A stretch of DNA of 64,000 nt from an uncultured Bryobacterales bacterium (GTDB lineage Bacteria; Acidobacteriota; Terriglobia; Bryobacterales; UBA6623), in contig CAYWUV010000019.1 of assembly GCA_964461235.1 (NCBI GenBank), forward strand, positions 6,271 to 70,270, read 5' to 3'. Positions 9,242 through 16,938 of this stretch are shown piece after piece. Position numbers and translations under genes: made by a program. Under the pieces are notes generated by a model, which made no database searches, was not told the DNA's origin, and saw only the letters and a program-made list of their open reading frames with translations. How positions within the stretch are numbered: the first letter of the stretch is position 1; each line of letters begins with the position of its first letter.

Positions 9242-10726
9242 ATGACCTACATCCGGAACTGGGCCCCTATGCTCCGTCTCGCGATGGTCATCTCCGTGGG
9301 AGCCGGGCTTCTGGCCGCCCAGAAGCCAAACTTCGTACTCGTCTTGGCGGACGATATGGGGTGGCGGGACTTGGGCAGCTACGGCAGCACCTACTACGAG
9401 ACGCCCCACATCGACCGCCTCGCCAACGAGGGCGTTCGCTTCACCGACGCGTACGCGGCGGGGAACTCCTGCTCGCCGACCCGCGCGAGCATCCTTACGG
9501 GCAGGTACCCGGCGTCAACGCACGTGACCGACTGGATTCCCGGCCGGACGCCGCCGGGTTCGAAGCTCGCCATTCCGAAATGGACGAACTACCTGCGTCA
9601 CGACGAAACGACGATTGCCGAGGCCCTCGCCGAGGCCGGTTACGTTTCAGCCTCGATCGGCAAGTGGCACTTAGGGAAAAAGGGCTGGTGGGCCGAGGAT
9701 CATGGTTTCCAGTTCAGCGTGGGCGGCAGCCACGCGGGTTCCCACAGCAATATGTTCCCCCCTTACTGGCCGGCCGAGAGAGTGGCCCGGCTCGGTTGGC
9801 GGCCGTTTCCCGACGAGCGCCCCGGCGAGTACCTGACCGACCGTATCACCCGCGAGGCCGAAGCCTTCCTCGACCGCCACGGAGACCGACCCTTCTTTCT
9901 CTACCTCTCGCACTACGCGGTTCACACACGGATCGAAGGAAGGCCGGAGGTCGTAGAGAAGTACCGCAGGAAACGGCCGAGCGGTTCGCAGAGGAATCCG
10001 GAATACGCGGCCATGGTCGAGGGACTGGACCAGAGCGTCGGAGCCGTCATCGCCAAGCTCGAGGAATTGGGGGTTGCGGAACGAACCGTCGTCATCTTCT
10101 TCTCCGACAACGGAGGCCTATCGAAGGACGGCCGAATTACATCGAACCTGCCGCTTCGAGGGGAGAAAAGCACGGCTTGGGAAGGCGGCGTACGCGTACC
10201 GCTGATCGTCAAATGGTCCGGTCAGCCGGAAGGCCTGGTCGTCGATGAGCCGGTGATCAGCGTTGACCTGTTCCCGACAATCCTAGACATCGCTGAGGTG
10301 GATGCACGGGCAAGAGTAGACGGCAAGAGCTTGACCCCGCTGCTCAAGGGCGACGGGGATTTCCATCGAGGACCGATCTATTGGCACTACCCGCATTACA
10401 ACGCACACACACCGATCGTTACCTGTACTCCGTACGGGGCCGTGCGGGTGGGGCCGTTCAAGCTGATTGAGTTCTACGAGGACGGGCACACCGAACTCTA
10501 CGACCTTCGCGAGGACATCGAGGAGACGAACGACCTCGCCGCGGCGATGCCGGACAAAGCTCGTGAGCTTCTGGCCAAACTGCAGTCCTGGCGCGAGTCG
10601 GTGGGAGCGCAGATGGCGACCATCAATCCGGGAGCCGACGCAGTTCGGTATCGCGAATACAAGGAAAAGAGGCAGTGGAAACCGGTCGGCGTCTACGAGC
10701 AGCAGACAGCGTTTCCTCGACCATGA
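9242..10726 (+). CDS. Cys-type sulfatase (arylsulfatase A family)
   Basis: Signal peptide, then NFVLVLADDMGWRDLGSYG and the CSPTR formylglycine motif. The ORF is open from 9149; ATG 9242 was chosen because it gives a normal signal peptide, but the start is uncertain (9149/9182/9242). Confidence 0.88.
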   Translation: MTYIRNWAPMLRLAMVISVGAGLLAAQKPNFVLVLADDMGWRDLGSYGSTYYETPHIDRLANEGVRFTDAYAAGNSCSPTRASILTGRYPASTHVTDWIPGRTPPGSKLAIPKWTNYLRHDETTIAEALAEAGYVSASIGKWHLGKKGWWAEDHGFQFSVGGSHAGSHSNMFPPYWPAERVARLGWRPFPDERPGEYLTDRITREAEAFLDRHGDRPFFLYLSHYAVHTRIEGRPEVVEKYRRKRPSGSQRNPEYAAMVEGLDQSVGAVIAKLEELGVAERTVVIFFSDNGGLSKDGRITSNLPLRGEKSTAWEGGVRVPLIVKWSGQPEGLVVDEPVISVDLFPTILDIAEVDARARVDGKSLTPLLKGDGDFHRGPIYWHYPHYNAHTPIVTCTPYGAVRVGPFKLIEFYEDGHTELYDLREDIEETNDLAAAMPDKARELLAKLQSWRESVGAQMATINPGADAVRYREYKEKRQWKPVGVYEQQTAFPRP

Positions 10727-11474
10727 TTCGCTCCCCGAAGACATGGGTACCGGATTGCCCCCTGAATCGAAGGCTGGCGATCCTGCCCACCCGATGGCTC
10801 GTTCGCAGGGAGATCCGAGAGAGAGCGGCGTGAACAAGATCTTGGAGGCTTCCCGGCTCGACGGGCACTGGCGATCAGCGTCACGCTCAGCGGCCTCTTC
10901 CTCGCCGATGTGGCAACGGGAGGCCCGGGTCGTGCCGTCGGCCGGTCGAACCAAGTCCGGAGCGCAGGCAAACTCGCTTCGAGCTCGCGTTCGAAGCGGA
11001 CCGAGCGGTTAACGAACGGGATAGGCTGTTCTGGCGCAAACGGTTTTGATGCGAGCCTTGAGGTGCTCGGTCGGGTCGTCGACCTCGGGCGGGCGCTCCG
11101 TCAAGGTGAAGGCAAACTCCTTGGATTCCGCGACGTGAACGACCCAAGAGGAGTCGCCTCCGCACTCGCGAAGCGGTTTCGGGCCCTTTATCCCGGCGGG
11201 TCCGCCGGACCAAGGTCGGGGCGCCAGTCGAACCTGGTCAGTCTGACTGATTCATGAACGGTAGGCTAATGGTGTTGGAAGGCACATTCACTCCTACGAT
11301 CTGTTCTTTCTACGTTGCGGCAATTCTGCCGCTGAAGGCACAACGGCGATTTCGTTCGACAGTCCCCCGTAGGACGGCGATTGGCTGCGAGAAACGCCTG
11401 AAGCGCCCCTTGTTCACGCCGATCCCGCTGTCTTGCGATCAGCTCCGACGGATCCGCCGGCACCAGAATGTTGC

Positions 11475-11503
11475 TTGACTACAGACGGTGATCGCCGTAG
11501 TCT
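11475..11503 (+). promoter_or_regulatory. Putative promoter of the DUF1501 four-gene block
   Basis: TTGACT at 11475-11480, a 17-nt spacer, then TAGTCT at 11498-11503. An AAGGGGG Shine-Dalgarno sequence precedes ATG 11538. Confidence 0.35.
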
Positions 11504-11537
11504 GGGTGCAAGCCCGCAACCCGTAAGGGGGTAGTGG

Positions 11538-12917
11538 ATGTTTCGTCTAGACGCCGATAAGACCGTGGAATTCTGCGACGGAACGCGCCGTCGCGACTTC
11601 TTGCACGTGGGTTCGCTGAGCCTGCTGGGACTCGGGATGCCCGAGTTCCTCCAGATGCAGGCCCAAGGGGCCGCCACGGACAACAGCAAGGACATCAACG
11701 TCATCATGCTGATGCTGGTGGGCGGTCCCTCTCAACTCGATACATTCGACATGAAACCGGAGGCCCCGATCGAGATCCGCGGGCCCTTCCAGCCCATCAA
11801 AACGAACGTTTCCGGCATCGAGATCAGCGAGAACTTTCCGCGCATGGCGCGACACGCTGACAAATACGCCCTGCTCCGAGGTTGCTATCACAACGCAGCT
11901 GCGGTGCACGCGATGGGGCACCAACTGTTCCAGACGGGCCGTCTGTCCTTGGGCGGCATGGAGCATCCGCACATCGGCTCGGTACTGGGGTATATCAAGG
12001 GCTCCAACGGCGACTTGCCGCCGCATGTCCTGCTTCCGAAAATCATTGGGCCGACTGGCGGAAACTTCAAGCCGGGGCAGAGCGCGGGGTATCTGGGCAA
12101 ACGCCATGACCCGTTTGTGCTCAACGCCGATCCGTCAGTGGCGGATTTTCAGGTGCCCGACATGCTGCCTCCGGACTACCTCTCGGCGTTGCGAGTCGAC
12201 CGGCGCAGGAACTGGCGGTCAATGATCGACAAGGCGGTCAGCAAGTTCGAGACTTCGCAAGACGCGCGCCTGCTGGATTCGACGTTCCACCAGGCGTACA
12301 CACTGATGACCTCCGAGAACGCGCGCAAGGCCTTCGATCTCCATCGCGAGAACGAGGGCACCCGCGACAAGTACGGCCGCAATCGGTTCGGCCAGAGCTG
12401 CTTGCTCGCCCGCCGCCTAGTGGAGTCCGGAGTGCGTTTCGTGACCGTCAACATGTTCGAGACGGTGTTCGACGAGATCACCTGGGACATCCACGGTTCG
12501 CCGCCGTTCAGTCCCATCAGCGGATACAGGGATCTGATGGGGCCCATGTTCGACAACGCGTTCACGTCGCTGCTCGAGGACTTGAGCGACCGGGCCATGC
12601 TCGACTCAACCATGGTCCTCGCACTAGGCGAATTCGGCCGGACGCCGAAGGTGAACCCGGCCGGCGGTCGGGACCATTGGCCGCAAGCATGGACAATTGT
12701 CGGCGCTGGGGGCGGAATCCAAGGTGGACAGGTGATCGGTTCGACCGACAAGATCGGCGGAGCGCCGAAGGATCGCCCGGTGCATCCATCGGAGATCGTG
12801 GCCACGATCTACCGCCAATTGGGGATTCCCCTGGAAACCGAGTTGCCCGCCGCCAACGGCAGACCGCTGCCGGTGGTGGATCGAGGCGTGGAGCCGATTC
12901 ACGAGCTGTTTTCGTAG
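11538..12917 (+). CDS. DUF1501 protein (Tat signal)
   Basis: TRRRDFLHVGSLSLLGLG, IMLMLVGGPSQLDTFDMKPEAP, and LGEFGRTPKVN..GGRDHWPQAW. Strong RBS. Confidence 0.9.
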   Translation: MFRLDADKTVEFCDGTRRRDFLHVGSLSLLGLGMPEFLQMQAQGAATDNSKDINVIMLMLVGGPSQLDTFDMKPEAPIEIRGPFQPIKTNVSGIEISENFPRMARHADKYALLRGCYHNAAAVHAMGHQLFQTGRLSLGGMEHPHIGSVLGYIKGSNGDLPPHVLLPKIIGPTGGNFKPGQSAGYLGKRHDPFVLNADPSVADFQVPDMLPPDYLSALRVDRRRNWRSMIDKAVSKFETSQDARLLDSTFHQAYTLMTSENARKAFDLHRENEGTRDKYGRNRFGQSCLLARRLVESGVRFVTVNMFETVFDEITWDIHGSPPFSPISGYRDLMGPMFDNAFTSLLEDLSDRAMLDSTMVLALGEFGRTPKVNPAGGRDHWPQAWTIVGAGGGIQGGQVIGSTDKIGGAPKDRPVHPSEIVATIYRQLGIPLETELPAANGRPLPVVDRGVEPIHELFS

Positions 12918-12989
12918 GCCTTCGGCCTAGTCGGCCACCGCCGACTGCTAAGCGATGACCGATCTGAGAGAGGAGGTGGATGCTTTCCG

Positions 12990-15449
12990 ATGGTGATTCC
13001 TCGTCTCGTATTGGCCTTCGCGGCCGTCTGCTGGGCAGTTCCGGGGCAGTCAGCGCAGGACATCAAGATCCTTCCTGCGTCTGTCGAGCTCCATGGTCCC
13101 GACGCACGCCAGCAGCTGCTGGCGCAGGTGACCACCGACGGCATACAAACGGATTGGACTTCGAACGCCAACTGGGTTTCGGAGAATCCCGAGATTGCCT
13201 CGGTCGACGCCGGCGGGCTGGTGCGGCCGGTGTCAGACGGCTCGGCAGTGATCCGCGTGGAGGCCGACGGCCTTAAGGCGAGCCTGACGCTGAACGTCAC
13301 GGGCGCTCGGGGCGATTCCTCGTGGGGCTTCCGGCAACATGTGATCCCCGTTCTAACGAAGAAGAGCTGCAACTCCGGTGCGTGCCACGGCGCGGCGGCA
13401 GGGAAGAACGGCCTGAAGCTCACCTTGCGCGGATACGACCCGGCGGCCGACTACAACGCTCTGACGCGCGAGGCTACCGCTCGCCGTGTCTCGCTGGCTG
13501 ACCCTGCTGCCAGCCTGTTCTTGCTGAAGCCGACCATGACGATTCCTCACGGGGGTGGCAAGAGGATCGCTGTTGACTCGCTCGAGTATCAAGTGCTCTC
13601 CGAGTGGGTCGCGGCGGGCGCCCCGGGTCCGAGAGAGGACGATCCCGTCGTGGTCGGGTTGGAAGTCTATCCCCGCGCAGCCATGCTCGTGCCGGATTCG
13701 AGACAACGGCTCGTAGTGCGCGCAAGATACTCCGACGGCCGCGTCGCTGACGTCAGCCGCTGGGCGAGATGCAGTTCCACGGACGCCGCCGTCGCAGAAG
13801 TCAGCGACGACGGCGTCGTGACGATGGTGGGCCGCGGGGAGGCTGCGATTACCGTGGCGTATGCGACGAGCGTGCTCTACGCACGCCTCACAGTTCCCCA
13901 CGACAACGAGATCAGCCAGGAAGAGTTCCACCGACTGGCGGTCAACAATTTCATTGACGAGCGGGTGCTGACAAAGCTGCGCAAGCTCCGCATCGCGCCT
14001 TCGGAGCCAGCCGACGACCCGACATTCCTGCGCCGGGCCTACCTCGACGCCGCGGGCATCCTGCCCACCGCCGAGGAAGTCGAGAACTTTCTCTCCGACA
14101 CCTCAACCGACAAGCGTCGCCAGTTGATCGACCGCTTGCTCGAACGCCCCGAATTTGCCGACTACTGGGCTTACAAGTGGTCCGACCTGCTTCTGGTCTC
14201 CACAAACCGCAACCACCTGAATCGCACGGCGCTGTGGGACTTCTACAACTGGATTCGTGACAGCGTTGCTGAAAACAAACCCTGGGACCGGTTCGCGCAG
14301 GATGTCTTTGCCTCGAGCGGCAGTAGTCGAGAGAACGGAGCGCTGAACTACTTCGTGCTCCACAAGGACACGATCGAACTGGCGGAAAACACGACACAGG
14401 CCTTCATGGGCCAGACGCTAACGTGTGCCCGTTGCCACAATCATCCACTTGAAAAGTGGACCCAGGTCCAGTACTACCGCTTCGCCAATCTGTTCACTCG
14501 TATTGGCATCAAGTCAGGCGACGAACCCGGGGATTCGATCATTTTCGAGAAGGACTTCGGCGACATTTCCCACCCGCGTACGGGATACCCCCTCCCGCCG
14601 ACTCCGCTGGACGGCGAGGAAATGGCGCTGGATTCCCAGGATGACCGAAAACTGCACCTGGCCGAATGGCTGACAAGCGAGGACAATCCATACTTCGCGC
14701 GCAACATTGTCAGCCGCGTCTGGGCCAGTTTCTTCACGCGAGGCTTGGTTGACCCACCGGACGACTTGCGCGCTACGAATCCGTCCTCGAACGAGGAATT
14801 GTTCGACGCGCTGGTCGAGGACTTTGTCGAGCACGGCTACGACGTGAAGCACTTGATCCGGCGGATCATGAATTCGGGCACCTACCAGCTCTCCTCGACG
14901 CCGAACGCATCGAACGAACGCGATGACAAGTACTACTCGAAGTACCAAGTCAAGCGACTGCCCGCAGAGGTGATACTGGACGCCATGTCATCGATTTCCG
15001 GGAAGGAATCGAGGTTTGAAGACTACCCCATTGGGATGCGGGCAATCCAGCTGCCGGACGTGCAGGTGGAATCGCAGTTCCTGGAATCGTTCGGACGGCC
15101 GTTGCGACTGGTGTGCGATGTCGAAGAGCGCTCGGACGACCCGAGCGTCGCCCAGGCCTTGCACGTGATCAACGGCGAGACGCTCAACGGAAAGCTACGG
15201 GCGGAAGAGAACAACATCGCATCGTTCTTGAAGCTCGGCCTGTCGGATCGGAAGATCGTGGAACACCTGTTTCTTTCGGCATTCAGCCGGTACCCCACGG
15301 AGTCGGAGGAGCAGAAAATCGTGGAGGAACTCAAGGAAGCACGCGGTGATCAGGGATCCGGGCGAGGCAGAGACCGCTCGAGACGAGAGTCTCTCGAAGA
15401 TTTGACCTGGGCATTGCTGACATCGAGGGAGTTCCTGTTCAACCACTAG
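12990..15449 (+). CDS. BIG2 + PSCyt3-like + DUF1549 + DUF1553 protein
   Basis: Signal peptide, then Ig-like BIG2 segments (ASVDAGGLVRPVSDGSAVIRVEA; AVAEVSDDGVVTMVGRGEAAITV). Also CNSGACHGAAAGKNGLKL, FIDERVLTKL...FLRRAYLDAAGILPTAEEVENFL...LLERPEFADYWAYKWSDLL, CARCHNHPLEKW, and a C-terminal ...LLTSREFLFNH. Confidence 0.9.
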   Translation: MVIPRLVLAFAAVCWAVPGQSAQDIKILPASVELHGPDARQQLLAQVTTDGIQTDWTSNANWVSENPEIASVDAGGLVRPVSDGSAVIRVEADGLKASLTLNVTGARGDSSWGFRQHVIPVLTKKSCNSGACHGAAAGKNGLKLTLRGYDPAADYNALTREATARRVSLADPAASLFLLKPTMTIPHGGGKRIAVDSLEYQVLSEWVAAGAPGPREDDPVVVGLEVYPRAAMLVPDSRQRLVVRARYSDGRVADVSRWARCSSTDAAVAEVSDDGVVTMVGRGEAAITVAYATSVLYARLTVPHDNEISQEEFHRLAVNNFIDERVLTKLRKLRIAPSEPADDPTFLRRAYLDAAGILPTAEEVENFLSDTSTDKRRQLIDRLLERPEFADYWAYKWSDLLLVSTNRNHLNRTALWDFYNWIRDSVAENKPWDRFAQDVFASSGSSRENGALNYFVLHKDTIELAENTTQAFMGQTLTCARCHNHPLEKWTQVQYYRFANLFTRIGIKSGDEPGDSIIFEKDFGDISHPRTGYPLPPTPLDGEEMALDSQDDRKLHLAEWLTSEDNPYFARNIVSRVWASFFTRGLVDPPDDLRATNPSSNEELFDALVEDFVEHGYDVKHLIRRIMNSGTYQLSSTPNASNERDDKYYSKYQVKRLPAEVILDAMSSISGKESRFEDYPIGMRAIQLPDVQVESQFLESFGRPLRLVCDVEERSDDPSVAQALHVINGETLNGKLRAEENNIASFLKLGLSDRKIVEHLFLSAFSRYPTESEEQKIVEELKEARGDQGSGRGRDRSRRESLEDLTWALLTSREFLFNH

Positions 15450-15495
15450 GCACCAAGTCCTCAGACCGAATCTCTGGAGGGAGCGTCGGCAAGCG

Positions 15496-16938
15496 ATGGC
15501 GAGACGAGAAAGGCACGAGGGATTTCGAAGTTGCAGACCCATGAGAGGCCTGCAAGGGCCGGTGCGGATCGGAGCCTGGATTGGAGCCCCTTCCGTTCCC
15601 CCACGGGCTGCAATGGCACTGCTGACCCTGTTTTTGCCCGGGGCAACTGCACCAGCGGCAGAACAGGGCTCACCTTCGTATACTGCCGACATTGCACCGA
15701 TTCTCACGCGCAACTGTGTCGCCTGCCATTCCGCTCACACCAAGATGGGCGGGCTGACTCTCGAAACGTTCGTCGGTCTCGAATCGGGCGGAGTACACGG
15801 CCCCTCGATTGTTCGCGGCAACAGCGCGGAAAGCCGGCTGTACCTGATGGTCGCCGGAAAGATGGAACCGAGAATGCCGTTGTCCGCCAGTCCCCTGGGC
15901 TCCGCCGACGTGGAAATGCTGCGGCGTTGGATCGACGCGGGCGCACCGGGTCCCAATCCAGGCGACGCACCCACTCGAGTCGAGCGCGGGCGCTTGCCGC
16001 GAATCGAGCCTGCCGTCGCAGTCAAGCCGCAGATCTTCGCTGTCGCCTACCACCCCGGTGGGCGCCTGCTTGCTGCGGGACGCCACGGCGGCGTCGCCCT
16101 GACCGATGCCTCGACGGGGGGAGCAGTCGTGTTCCTCGACGGACTCGCCGATGTCGCGCGCACGGTCGCGTTCTCGCCGGACGGGCGCTTCCTTGCAGCC
16201 GGTGGCGGGCATGCGCAGCAGGGCGGCGAGGTCAGGATCTGGCAAGTAGCGGATCATCGCCTGGAAGCAACGATCCGAGGTCACGGCGATACGATCCAAG
16301 CTCTGGCATTCTCGCCGGACGGCAAGATCCTGGCAACAGCGAGCTACGACAAGGACATCAAGCTGTGGGATGTTCGTTCCGGCCTTGAGCTGAGGACGCT
16401 GCGAGACCACATCGACGCCGTCTACGCACTTGCGTTCACCCCGGACGGGGATCGTCTGCTGTCGGGTTCGGCGGACCGGTCGGTCAAGATCTGGAACACG
16501 GAAACCGGAGAGCGCTTGTACACGCTGAGTGATCCCATCGACGGCGTCAACTCGATCTCGATCCATCCTTCGGGAACGCGAGTCACGGCAGGCGGCTACG
16601 ATCGGACGATTCGGGTCTGGGAACTGGGCGAAGACGATGGCAAGCTGCTCAATGTGCTGATCGCTCACCAGTCGCCGATCCTGCGAATTACCTATTCGCC
16701 CGACGGGAGAAAGATCGTCACCACGGCGGCAGACCGGACCATCAAGGTCTTCGACGCCGAGACCCTGGATGAACTGACGACCCTGGACGCGCAATCCGAT
16801 TGGGTGATGTCGCTGGACTACTCCCCGGATGGGCGTCATCTCGCGGCCGGCCGTTTCGACGGGTCGCTCAGCATTTACGACAGCGTCACCTACCGCGACC
16901 AACTGAGCATTAGTGAATCTGCGAGGGAACTGCCATGA
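15496..16938 (+). CDS. PSCyt1 (CxxCH) domain + WD40 beta-propeller protein
   Basis: IAPILTRNCVACHS...RLYLMVAGKMEPRMP...LRRWIDAGAP, followed by about seven WD40 repeats (e.g. TVAFSPDGRFLAAGG, ALAFSPDGKILATASYDKDIKLWD, GSADRSVKIWN). The start is ambiguous (15496/15541/15613). Confidence 0.87.
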   Translation: MARRERHEGFRSCRPMRGLQGPVRIGAWIGAPSVPPRAAMALLTLFLPGATAPAAEQGSPSYTADIAPILTRNCVACHSAHTKMGGLTLETFVGLESGGVHGPSIVRGNSAESRLYLMVAGKMEPRMPLSASPLGSADVEMLRRWIDAGAPGPNPGDAPTRVERGRLPRIEPAVAVKPQIFAVAYHPGGRLLAAGRHGGVALTDASTGGAVVFLDGLADVARTVAFSPDGRFLAAGGGHAQQGGEVRIWQVADHRLEATIRGHGDTIQALAFSPDGKILATASYDKDIKLWDVRSGLELRTLRDHIDAVYALAFTPDGDRLLSGSADRSVKIWNTETGERLYTLSDPIDGVNSISIHPSGTRVTAGGYDRTIRVWELGEDDGKLLNVLIAHQSPILRITYSPDGRKIVTTAADRTIKVFDAETLDELTTLDAQSDWVMSLDYSPDGRHLAAGRFDGSLSIYDSVTYRDQLSISESARELP

